NCBI GenBank assembly: GCA_002633005.1
Contig: NMRA01000156.1
Coordinates: 1-64,000 of the forward strand
Length of the DNA stretch: 64,000 bases
Reading direction: 5' to 3'
DNA from: Phoronis australis
Taxonomy: Eukaryota > Animalia > Phoronida
Position numbers and translations under genes: made by a program
The notes under the pieces: generated by a model
Database searches by the model: none
Seen by the model: only the letters and a program-made list of their open reading frames with translations
What the model was told of the DNA's origin: nothing
Shown: piece after piece, positions 25,952 through 37,486 of the stretch
Position numbering within the stretch: the first letter of the stretch is position 1
How the letters are laid out: each line of letters begins with the position of its first letter

Positions 25952-26201
25952 GTTTCTCAGCCGGACAACTTCGTGGAATGGACCGACGGACACAGTCGAC
26001 ATGTCTTTTCGGAAGAGTCCGAGGAGGCTCGACGGCACACGAGCGGATGGGCGATGAGAAATACGAACAACCACAACGTCAGCATTCTCAAGAAGTCGTG
26101 TCTCGGCGTTCTCGTCTGCTCACAAAGATGCAAACTCGACAACGGTGATGAGGTACACCTCAGGCCGGCTATCTGTGACAAGGCAAGACGAAAACAACTT
26201 G
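25952..26201 (+). CDS. gcm: gcm coding exon 2, GCM DNA-binding domain core
   Basis: Encodes VSQPDNFVEWTDGHSRHVF...RHTSGWAMRNTNNHNVSILKKSCLGVLVC...LRPAICDKARRKQL, with the diagnostic SGWAMRNTNNHN/ILKKSCLGV/LRPAICDKAR motifs. Acceptor tttcccag|25952 (phase 0), donor G|gtaagt after 26201 (phase 1). Confidence 0.96.
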
Positions 26202-27440
26202 GTAAGTTAACTCAAAATAAAACTTCAGGATCTCATTTAGCAAATCGTGCACCAGGACTAGGTATACCACAGGGCGCATAGGCAGATTTGGGGGGGGGGG
26301 TAGCAGGGGCCCGACCCCGAATGAAAAAAGCGGTCACGTTTTTATGGATTTCGTGGACATTTTTTCTTGGAAATGGCGCTTACCCTCTTTTACGACAACC
26401 TACTTTACCCTCAGTTGACTGAGGTGAACATTCCAAGGACCTAATTACTTGTAGTGTTGTAATTTCAGGACGTTGTCACACAACCGGTTTAAACAGGCCA
26501 GTCGTAAGGTTTGGTGTTAGTCTCCATTTAGAATATGAGCAAAAAACGCGAAATCAATACATTTTAGTGAAACTGGCCCAGACAATGGTCCACAGGAAAA
26601 ACTCTGGGGTTCGGACACCTGCTCTGCGCCTTCTTATCTCTGGGATATGAAACAAACGTGTGTCCGCACACTGTCAGGCCCCTCTCATCATGATCCTTGA
26701 TTTAATTACTTTTGAAACTGATTTTGTGAGGCATTTGCCATTTGTCTTCAGAGCCTACAGCCCAACGTACAGTAGTTACATACAGAGAAATGGGCGTAGA
26801 ATCATGGTCACGTCCAAGAGTTTAGAAGTTTGTGTTAAAACGTCGTGAATTGACTATCAGTGAAACGGGAACCTGGCGTACGTTCATTAACGCTAGCACC
26901 TTACGCTAGGACCTAGCTAAAATCTAGGCAAAGCCACGTGCTCTCATTTGAAATACACAGCAATTTCTCACCGAATCTCGTGAAGTCTTGCTTTTTAGCG
27001 AGGTCCTAACGTTACTGAACGGGAGTCTGGATCCGGTTGCATAGTTGGATGCCACAATGACGTCCGTCGCATGATCAACAATCACGTTTGTTAATGTTGA
27101 ACACCGCACATGGCGTCGTGGAACAAGCAAAAGTTGTGCAGCGGATAAGTGTTGACGTTTTAATACAAACCAGTCCCGAATCCGAGACCAAGAGTCACAG
27201 GTTGACCTGGATTAAACTACAACCAAGAACAAAATCTTCAGAAAAAAATGACTGTTTTCTTATTGATGAAACAGCAATACCGCACGCGCCAAATTGAAAG
27301 AGGAAAACATTTCCATGCTTTGCAGTTTGAGATTAGTTGGATTCTTGGAGATAAATACTCATGAAACTTCAGAGCGGAAGACAGAACATGTTAAATTTGT
27401 TCCGAAAATGAATGGCTATCACTTCATAATCGAATTTGAA

Positions 27441-27513
27441 TTATAAAATAGATGTATGCGCGTGTTAGACAATACTTGTATTATAAACTAGGTGTATGCG
27501 CGTGTTAGTCAAT
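27441..27513. repeat. Imperfect tandem duplication with 40-bp period, in a gcm intron
   Basis: ttataaaatagatgtatgcgcgtgttagacaat (27441) and ttataaactaggtgtatgcgcgtgttagtcaat (27481). Confidence 0.8.
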
Positions 27514-28513
27514 CATCAAAGCTCGTGAATCAGCTACGTTTTGACATTGAAAGTCAAATTATACGTTTCAATGTCCCATCTGTGCTCTATCTTGGCGCGC
27601 TTTGTGTCGCACGCATTTCCCAACTCCACGTTACGCAACACGGCACGCAAGTCAAATTCATAAAGACAAAAGGTTTCATCGAAGCACAATTTAATACTTT
27701 CGGCGCGTGTTTCTTATCGTCTGCCACGTGTGGTCACAATACATACAATGCGAGAGTGCCCCCACTGATTGCGGGTGTAACGCTCACACCTTACCGTCGA
27801 ATATGCCATTTGTGTTCTAAGAAACATTAAAAAGACCTTTGTCATGTGTAAAATAAGGAAAACGATTTTCGCCACACCACCTGTAAACTCGTAAGCGAGA
27901 TTTCGTACTGAATAGTGAAGTTTCACAGTTTTATTCGTTCAATGAGCTATACCAGGAGCTCATTGATTCGTTCGAGTCTTCGAATGAAATTTTAGCATGA
28001 CGGTCCTGTAAACGTCGAGCGTCGAAGTCATCATACGGCTGAATTGCCAAGCAGAGGGTATTACGTAACAAAACTTTAATCCTCGAAATACAATTTGTCA
28101 CGCTATTGCCACGGGTACAATCGTCAAGTCCGTTTGCACCTGCAGAGGTTTCGCGATAATGCGTTTGGCAAACGAAGAGAACAAATCATTTAGTTTGAGG
28201 CGACGACTCCTGTTTAATTATAAAGGGTATCGTTAAACTTAATGATTGGAACGTCGGTTTCAACTGAAAGACGAGCGGAATTCAAATGAAGATTGGAACA
28301 ATTAGACTAGTCTTTCATAGAATTTTAATTTTGGCATAAAGAATCGATTACATGAGTCTTAATGAGCATAACCTGCTTCTGGCATCAAACTAATGGCTTT
28401 GGTGGTGAAAAGAATTATCGCGAGTTTAAGATTTCATCGCCTTTGAGAACGATGCGCAATTATGAATGAAGCATTCTGTTGGCTATCATGTACAGTCTTC
28501 TGTCTTGTTATAG

Positions 28514-28816
28514 GCAAACCCTGTCCTAACACGAAATGTACTGGCGTGCTTGAACTCCAGTCGTGTCGCGGACATTGCGGCTACCCTGTCACCCATTTCT
28601 GGCGTCACCACAACGGCCTGGTCTACTTCCAAGCCAAAGGCGTCCACGACCACGGCAAGCCGGAACTGAAGGCATCCGCTGAGGCGAGAAGACACATCTT
28701 CGCCGCTAAAGAGCCTCGACACCATCACTCTCTCTCCTCGCTGGACAGATACCGCGCCCAGAGGAAAAGACCGTTCTGGGGAGCTCCGACGCTTAATAAC
28801 AAAGTGGCTAGATTAG
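28514..28816 (+). CDS. gcm: gcm coding exon 3, C-terminal half of GCM domain plus basic linker
   Basis: Encodes [60 protein letters not shown], with the GCM motifs CRGHxGYPVTxFWR and FQAKGxHDH. Acceptor tcttgttatag|28514 matches phase 1; donor G|gtaagc after 28816 (phase 1). With exon 2, all eight expected Zn-ligating Cys/His residues are present. Confidence 0.96.
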
Positions 28817-28943
28817 GTAAGCATTTTGTTGTATTTGTTCATGTTTTCGTTAAATGATCTTGAATCGTATTTCGTATTACATTGCAACAAAATTTACAGT
28901 TGTAAGTTGTGGAGCGACTGTAACTTAATTACCTTTTTTACAG

Positions 28944-30163
28944 ATAACGCATCCTCTCACGTTTGTTCCTGTCCACCATTCGAATGTCTGTGCGGACACG
29001 GTTACCAGCAAGCCGGCGGTCTGGGAGCCGCTTACAACACGTATTCCACCTACATGCAAGTCCAGCCTCAAGCAATTGACGCAAAGTCTTACCTTGACCC
29101 ACTCAATCTGTCTCTCACAAGTCCTCGCGTGCCCGCGTCCGGCTCCATATTTCCAGTGCACCACGACAACATTGGATTCGATTCTACCGCGCACGGCTTG
29201 TTCAACAGTGCGCGCTACGAAAGTCTTCTGTCCGTGATGCCAAGTACCAGCTACGCTACGTCTTATGACAGACTACAGACCCTCGACACAAGATATAAGC
29301 AGGAGAGCCAACCAGTTGTCGACGATCCTCTTAGTCTTGTTGGTGGAGATTGTCTGTACTCGCCGGAAATGTTTAAAACTACTTCGGTATTCGACACAAC
29401 TCCTGTCACCGATCAGGGAATACACTACCCCATTGCCACTAGCGCCTCTTACGGCCATAGAGATCAGTTTTCGCCAGCAGTCATGGCAAAATCTACCAGA
29501 TCTCATGCGGATAATTCCGCTCCAAAATTAAACGGACAATCTTTGGATGATTTTGAGATTACAGATCCTAGTGACATTTTGTTTTTGGACCAACCAATTA
29601 AAAAGGAGCAAACGAGTCCCAACTTTTCAAGTGCATCATCTGCTTCGTCTTCAAAAATCGCTGACAGCGGTTATGGTAGTCCCTCTGGACTTCCCGCCAT
29701 TTCGACATTTCTAAGTCCCGGCAAAAAGAACGCACAAGAGAAAATGGCAGACGACGGAAATGCACAACAGGAGTTGAACAAGGACAACATGTCGCCGCTT
29801 GCATCCCCTGTCTCTTTGACGGAACTAAAACCTGTCCGAATGAGTAAATCAAACACGACACCAGAAAGTAGCGACTCGTACGCCAACGGAATTCCCACTA
29901 CCAGCACATGCAGCGATGACGTGGCTTACCCCACCAATCTAGCCACAAGCTCAGCGGCGAAGACCAAGAGCGCGTTTCAGCCCTACACAGAGACATCGCT
30001 TCAAAAAGACATTCCTAACGCAAAACACGTACCTCTTTACAATGGATTTTATAACAATAATAACGCGGAGTATTATCAGTATCCCTCCACGACGGCAGCA
30101 AATGGCCAAACGACTAACTCGCGTAACCCGCACAGTATCAACATAACGTTGATGTATAACTAG
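28944..30163 (+). CDS. gcm: gcm terminal coding exon, S/T/P-rich putative transactivation/regulatory tail
   Basis: Part of the 445-aa ORF 28826-30163. Acceptor ccttttttacag|28944 joins exon 3 in phase 1 (G+AT=Asp) and is in frame to TAG at 30161-30163. Total spliced CDS is 1872 nt (623 aa + stop). Confidence 0.9.
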
Positions 30164-31032
30164 AACTTAATACGTGAGGGACGGGGTTGATGTTCATTTG
30201 TATACTGACGTTTGGTTATTCTTTATTAAAATGTAACTTCGAAATTCTTGGTTTTAGTAAATTTCTAAAGTCTCACCGATATTTCCAAGCTGACGCATTA
30301 ACGATTACGCTTTATTTGAGTTGGGTAAATTTGACATGACCTAAATTCTCGCTGTATGTTGCTCTAACTTGCTGCAATTTATTCATTCTGTTGTTAAATT
30401 CGAATAATTATTTTCTGTTTTGCCGGTGAATGTTACCATCGCATTGATATAAACATTTGTGCCGCTTGTGATCTGTTGAATGGCTACTCCTTTTCGTTTT
30501 CTCTCAGTTTTTCTGTCCTGGTTAAGGAACATTGAAAATGTATGATGCGTATACACTTGTTAGCTATTGTACTATTTATAATAATTTATTATTGATAATG
30601 AAAGTAGAATACTTGATATTATTCTATTGTTTGTATTTATAAAACTATCAGGAAACGGAGCATCTGAGTGAGTACAACAATGACTGTTAGCCAGGCAATG
30701 CTGTTTTATAGTTTTTAAGCTTTAAAGCCATATTGGGCGCTACTTCGTTCAAAGTAAGATGAGAAAACACCCATGAGCTCCATCCCGACCACAGTACTAC
30801 CATAGAGAGCAAGAATTGTTAACTTGTCTGACAGTACTATTCTATACTTTTGTGAAGCGACGCAAAATCAAATCAAAGCAATCGACCCCGCCATTGTGGG
30901 AATTGGGATGTCCCAGGGCAATGGTCATTTTACCGAAGTAGCACTCAATATACCTTCTAAAGTCTGAGTTTCGAAGCCACTTGTAAGCATCGTCTCAATT
31001 GTTACTCTACGAGAACTTAACCCAGACAAGGC

Positions 31033-31038
31033 AATAAA
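31033..31038 (+). terminator. Candidate polyadenylation signal of gcm
   Basis: AATAAA about 870 nt after the stop codon, followed by GT/T-rich sequence; the intervening region is AU-rich like a 3' UTR. Confidence 0.5.
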
Positions 31039-33109
31039 ATGTGTTACGTGTAATGGCATATTTTGAAACACTCCGTATTGTTTATTTGTAAGTTTTGTTA
31101 ATGGGTTTTGGCTATTTAAGATATTACTATTTTTGTTCTCTTGAAAAAAACTAAAAATCTTTCAAGATGAAAATAAAAATTTACCAATGAATAGTTTTGA
31201 GTTCATCTTTTTCAAAACTCCACCATTGGGTGTTAAACAGTCTTTACTGAACTCAACAGCTTAGATCCGGCTTTGGAAAATTGACAAACAAGACATGTCC
31301 ATCTTTATAAATTGTTTTCTCCGTGAATGCTTTCCGGCTTAGGGCTACGATTAAACATGAAAAAGCAATTCATGCATGGAAGTTCCTGGTTAATCCAGCA
31401 TGTGATACTGCACTTGCGGTACTTTGAAAAGAATTTTCAACCTTTTTGGTCGATTTTTAGAATATCACCAAACCGGATATGTGACGCTGTGAGCGATTCA
31501 CACAATGCAAACATTACCTATTGGTTTTCGCATAATTGTCAAATAACATTCTGATATGTATCTAAGCTGTAACTGAAAATCGGCGGAGACATCTCGGTCA
31601 TTGAGTACAGACATCGGCAAAATGATAACGAAAAACGAGAGCACATAGGGCTGAGTTCCACAGACCCAAGACAATAGTGAGGAAAGCTGGTGCGATCACG
31701 TATTTCCCTTGTAGTGCATGGCGATGTCTCGCGAACACATGCGTGACATTGCTTTTCGGTAGGTTCTCGAGTACACGGAATGCTCACATTTTTACAGTTT
31801 GCACACTGCAGCACACTTCCGGTTCCTGGACCTATTTTTATTGATTTCATTTATATGGAAATTGACTAATTTAAAAAAGATACAAATATCTTTTCCGTCA
31901 GTAGAATGTATCAAATTGACTAAAAACGTCAGTGTTTTTTGTTTCGACTAACAGTCCAAATGGATCTCAATAATTTGTTCTTTATGCCGGTGCCGTTACG
32001 TGCTCTCCCTGCTGAGGACAGTTCTGGCATTTAAATTTAATTGACAAATTCAGCATTTTAATGAGTTATCAATAGGTTCGTACTATTAGTAAAGAACTCT
32101 TAAAAACTCATAACACTCATATCAAGATAACGTACTGCACCTAACCAATTACGTAGCTACCAATGTATCGGCTGTCACTATTTCGTCGTGACTCTAACAA
32201 ACGACAGTGCTTGACGACACCAGCATAATTTACACCAACGAGTCACATTGTTCAATACAGACAGAGATCGTGTAAAAAAAGATGTGTACAACTACGTAAA
32301 TAGATTCAATGTCGCAGGCATATTCTTTACAATGTGCCGTAATTCAATAGAAGCCATGGCTCCGTTTCATGAGACGCGAAACAAATTACTGAGTAGCGTT
32401 GAAAGGTTCAAGTAAAAAAATTGTCTGACGCTCTCCCATCGCTATTATCGAATAACGTTTTTGCAGTATTGTATTTGTTCGTTGATCACAGTTTAGAAAT
32501 AATTTATGTTAATTAGCTAAATAATTAGCCATTGTGGGTTTTCAGAGACTTTGTACCATACAGAAATCAGAATAAATTATTTTTCGGAATACTCGTGTGT
32601 GACGAAGTCTGAAGTCGCATTTCATGTAATAGACCCCAGTGCCCGATCGCATGAAACAGCCCATTGGTACTCAACTAAGTTCCTTAAATCTTCCACGCAT
32701 TTGTGTTTATCACCCTACTGTAGAAACTGTGGAGAGTGTTCAATTTTGGGGGTATTCTCCCCAGACAGCCGAACCGACAAGGATATCACAGAACGTTTAG
32801 GGGAAGAAAGAGTCACTTTTGTAATGTACGTGGAAGTCTAAGTAAATCTTAGAGAAGGTCTATCATTCTAGAGTGAAATAAGCTTAAATGCTTGGTTCCG
32901 ATCCCGGGGCTCCGAATAGACCACTTGCGAGGTTCCCAGCGGAGCAGGGAAAATGGTGCAAAATCGCTATCTTGTTTCTGTGTGTCCCTAGATATGGACC
33001 AAAAATACCGTTTGTGTTTTTTCTGTGTGTCCCTAATTGAAGATGAATACCATTTCATGTGTTTGTAAAAAGTACTGTTCTCTGAGAACTGCATTTATAC
33101 CTGAGTGGT

Positions 33110-33875
33110 GCTGGCGTGAACCAAATAAACATAAATTTGTAAAGTTAATGAAAATGTGGGAGCCTATTAATCTAATGAAATTTGTATTTCACGCCACTGC
33201 CCTCAGGGAAAAGCTGCTCAGCGTTATTCTGTAAATATTATGTAACATGTGGGCCAAGGCCTTAAACGATGAAAATAAATAAACTTATACAATATCAGAA
33301 AGAAATAATGGTTATCTCCAGTGGCGGATCTAGGATATCACAAGGGGGCCCAACATTTTGTCTGTAAACATTTGCTCCAAGCACGATTGTAGATGCGCAT
33401 AGCACCGAATGGGGGGCCCCATCCCGCCCAGGAAATTTTCTGTTTTTTCTTCTAAAATCAAGCATTTTCCTTGATTCCCGAAGTATTNGCTGGCGTGAAC
33501 CAAATAAACATAAATTTGTAAAGTTAATGAAAATGTGGGAGCCTATTGCTCAGATTAATCTAATGAAATTTGTATTTCACGCCACTGCCCTCAGGGAAAA
33601 GCTGCTCAGCGTTATTCTGTAAATATTATGTAACATGTGGGCCAAGGCCTTAAACGATGAAAATAAATAAACTTATACAATATCAGAAAGAAATAACGGT
33701 TATCTCCAGTGGCGGATCTAGGATATCACAAGGGGGCCCAACATTTTGTCTGTAAACATTTGCTCCAAGCACGATTGTAGATGCGCATAGCACCGAATGG
33801 GGGCCCCCATCCCGCCCAGGAAATTTTCTGTTTTTTCTTCTAAAATCAAGCATTTTCCTTGATTCCCGAAGTATT
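33110..33875. other. Tandem 378/387-bp duplication split by a single N, probable assembly artefact (allelic overlap)
   Basis: 33110-33487 is repeated at 33489-33875 with N at 33488. The copies differ by a 9-bp indel (gctcagatt) and a couple of substitutions. Confidence 0.85.
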
Positions 33876-34238
33876 ATCCAAGAAAAAAGGCAACAAAATG
33901 AAGAAGAAAGTGTCAACCAGGAAAAACTGCAAGTAGCACGGACACGAACTCACGACCTAGCTGATAACGTGCGCGGTCGCCTGAGATATCGCGGGAGAGC
34001 CTATACTTACCATAGTTCCGTTACGATTGAGCCGTGTTCCGAATTTGACACTTGAAATTGGATCTGAGCTCCCCCCAAACACTAAAACTGCACACATTTA
34101 AATCTTGTTTCATCCGTATAATTTTAATTACCTGGGTAAATTAATAAACTCAACATTTCCATACGCTCTTGCTGTTTTATTTTTTTTTGCGGCAGCAAGG
34201 GGGGGGGCTGGGCCCCCTGCCCCCTGAATCCGCCTATG
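33707..34238. mobile_element. MITE-like element, CAGTGGCGGATC family
   Basis: Starts cagtggcggatctagg and ends ggccccctgccccctgaatccgcctatg; flanks atctc / atttc. Confidence 0.6.
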
Positions 34239-34585
34239 ATTTCTTCCTGATAATATGGATAACCAGGGAAGGAGGACAAAAATCCGCCTTGTTTATTTAC
34301 CGCGATATCAAACTAGCTAAACACAGAGATATCAAACTGTTGAAAACACGTCTAATGAAAGTTGACAAATCTGTCATAAACCAGCCTTCCGATAAATAAT
34401 AACTTTTGATTTTGATCATTTGCCACCACAAAACTTATCTCCACTTGAAAAGAGATGGTATAGGCACAGTTCGTTATTGTTTGAGTCCATGTTCAACAGA
34501 TTGGCTTGGCTTGTTACGGTGGGTCATTTTGTGCGACGAGGTTAGTTTCAAGCCTCAGTGAACTCTTAGATCTTTCCAAGCCCGG

Positions 34586-35120
34586 AAATCATTACGTAGG
34601 ATCCTCGAAAAATGGCCGACTTTGGCAAACTGTGGAACACCATATCTTAGAAATAGCTGGTCAGATTCATATGACACTCAGACACCATACCTTATGGACT
34701 GTTCTCCGAAACGCTGTTAGGATTTTTTAAATTTTTTTACCTGTCAAAAAATAGGACTTTCGTAATTTATGAAAGAAATCAAAAAGAGGCATCAAACGAA
34801 GCGAAATGATAATTACGAAAGCTGTAACAGCGTTTTTCAGACTTCATCTTGTACATTCATATCTTGAACATTCATATCTTGTGCATTCATATCGAAAAAT
34901 TTGAGTAATACGTTATTGATACCGTTGTTTTGCTGTGGGTGTGAATTTCCTTTTGTTAAATTTTACTAAAAAGACATGGTCACGTGATTCAATTAATAGC
35001 AGATTGGTATAAAGTCAATAAACAATTTCTACAGGCTTTCTACTTTCAGAAAATATGTACTTTTACTGAGCTAGTGTCTATAGATATTTGGCTGAATAGA
35101 CCGATAAAGTGATAAGGTTG
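34586..35120 (+). mobile_element. Diverged copy of the about 500-bp TTAA-flanked non-autonomous element family
   Basis: Shares blocks gtagga.cct.gaaaa.tg.cc.a.tttgg, caaaa.ataggactttcgt.att, tttcatcttg.acatt and aaaaagacatg.tcac.tga with the copies at 44.5, 52, 56.2 and 61-63.5 kb. Confidence 0.65.
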
Positions 35121-36924
35121 CGAATGAAGCCAAGGTCAGAGGTCAATTTCATTTCGGTTAATGTGGATAGCAAAAATGAGCTTCTTTGAAGAAAGCGAGT
35201 TTTTGGCAGGTTTAATGTTAAATGGTCAGATGCCATCGGTAACGTTTACCTCTAGAAACACACCCAGCAATACAAGATAGCATTTTACGACAAAGATTGA
35301 GAATGTGAGAATACTTTTGTGTACCGCGGAGGGTAGCCTACTCCCAAGGAAGAGAAAAGGTATACGGAACGTGGCGCTTCTTGACGACCAGTTTCTCTAC
35401 GAAAGGAGACATTTTCTAACAAAATTCCTTGCGAAACGGTACACCTTCCAATTCAATTCCTTACAGAAAGGTTCACTTTAGGAGTTTGAAATTCAGCAAA
35501 AGAGTCGTTTTCCAACCACAGAAACCTTGAAAGGGGATTTTAATATTTGCTATATTTGTAAAGCTTTGGTTTCAGAAGTGTCTTCATCTTGACAGCATTG
35601 AATCTCTTCTTGCACATTTCAGGAACAATAGGGAAAGAATCGCGTTGTCTAAGAACCCCCACGAAAGCGGGTTAGGATTACACTTCCTCCAAACGGTGGT
35701 GTTACTGGAACACAATATTACGAAAGAGTGGCCTTTCACGAAAGACCCCTACAAGTCTCTGTTTTTTGAACCACTTGTTTAATATGTGGGTATCTTACTT
35801 TGCCAGCTGCGACACTGTCAAAAATATAGTCGAAAACCCACGGGTGTTGGTTGAGGTCCCTTCCTGTAGACTCTCTAAAACGGGTAGAATCATAATTTCG
35901 TATCTGCACAACCCCATCAAATGGAGTACCTCCGGATATTTATTTCAGTTTACTACGGTATTTCGGTCAAGTGGTCAACTAATTGTCAAAAAGGCGATTT
36001 CAGTTACACGTTAAAAGAAAATTAATTACAAACAGACGGAGAAAATCTGAGAATTAAACCACCGCATTCGTCACGACGAACTTGTCCGAGACGCAGCAAG
36101 TAATGTCACGTGATCCCTCTGATACGAACAAACTTCTTCGTCGTTGATTACTCACGTAACTTGTTGAATCTAATGCCCTGAAGCTAACCGCAAGTTTAGT
36201 AAAGATCGCGCATGAAATTATCACAGTGAACAAAAGCGTATCAAAAGAATTTTGATAAAACTTTGTCATAGTGAGATATATGTTGAGAGCAGATGTTTTC
36301 ACGCGAAAAATAAAAATACTGTAATTTCCAGGCCAACAAATTAAAGAATTGATATTACAAATCATACATATTCTGATGGTATCTCCTGTCTTCTCGAGTG
36401 ATCGGCGTTACACCTGTCGAAAACCGCACGTTACGATACCGCCTTCTTCGAGACAGCTAACACAACATAGCCACTGAGATGTTATCTGATATAACGTAGC
36501 TAATATTAACATTAAGTGGTACTATTTCAACAGAATTAATCGTAAATGGAAGCGATAAACGAGGATTTGATAGGCAGCTCAAATTTGTACGTGGTCTTTG
36601 GTGTAACGATTTTTTTTTTAAATGACCAACATGTCATATCGTTGATTTAAACTATACAACATATGACAAGAATACAGTATTAAACCAAAATTTTTGTAAA
36701 ACAATTTTTAAATGTTAAATGAAAGACTTGAAATGAATAGGCATAAACCCTCGTGTATTTTTAATGGAACCACATATTGCTTAAGACCACGGTAGAGGCC
36801 CTCCATACTTTAGTTAAAATTAAGATTTTGGTCGATATTATTGATACAAAATATGTATTTACATTTTGGAAGTTTGTTCGCCAATCATGTTGGGTTTGAA
36901 AGATGTTTCCGTGTGTTTCAATGC

Positions 36925-36980
36925 AAAACAAAGTAAAACAAAACAATAAAATACAATACAATACAATACAATACAATACA
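36925..36980. repeat. (AAAAC/AATAC)n microsatellite
   Basis: aaaacaaagtaaaacaaaacaataaaatacaatacaatacaatacaatacaataca. Confidence 0.85.
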
Positions 36981-37407
36981 TGTTCACGATCGGATAGTTC
37001 CTCAGTGGAGTGAAGGGACATTCTCGATTTTACTGCTGAAAAAAAACGTATTTCTTGGGATGCAGTACATAGAATTCTTGGAATTATTAGCCTTTAACAA
37101 CGCTGGAAAACAAAAAAAATCATTGTGTCTTTATTATTTTATTGCAAATGGCTAAACCTCACCGTTATTAATCAGACATTCGATGAAATGGAATGTGGTG
37201 ACTTTACGCTCGAAATACTACGCTAATTATCGAATGAGAATCAACTCCGCCAGCAGATCACTAGACTGCGACCATGGAGTTCCAAATTCGATTTCTCGCC
37301 GAGGCTGACCTCAGACTGAATCACTTTTTTCGCCCACAATGTCCCTTCAAACCCAGGAACCTACAACGCACACAATACGTCTTGTTGGATGCAAAACAGT
37401 GAAATAC

Positions 37408-37444
37408 GACACACACACACACACAACACANNNNNNNNNNNNNN

Positions 37445-37482
<38 letters not shown>
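37408..37482. repeat. (CA)n microsatellite spanning an assembly gap
   Basis: acac... tract with 14 Ns at 37431-37444. Confidence 0.95.

Positions 37483-37486
<4 letters not shown>

Noticed and set aside
28826-28943. N-terminal 39 aa of the 445-aa ORF as a standalone gene start
   Set aside because: Lies in the 127-nt intron 28817-28943; the real frame is entered by splicing at 28944.
28925-30133. Several antisense and alternative-frame ORFs over the last gcm exon
   Set aside because: Shadows of a GC-richer coding exon; no recognisable products.
37240-37330. tRNA/SINE-head-like sequence
   Set aside because: No foldable cloverleaf or clean A/B boxes; at most a decayed SINE.
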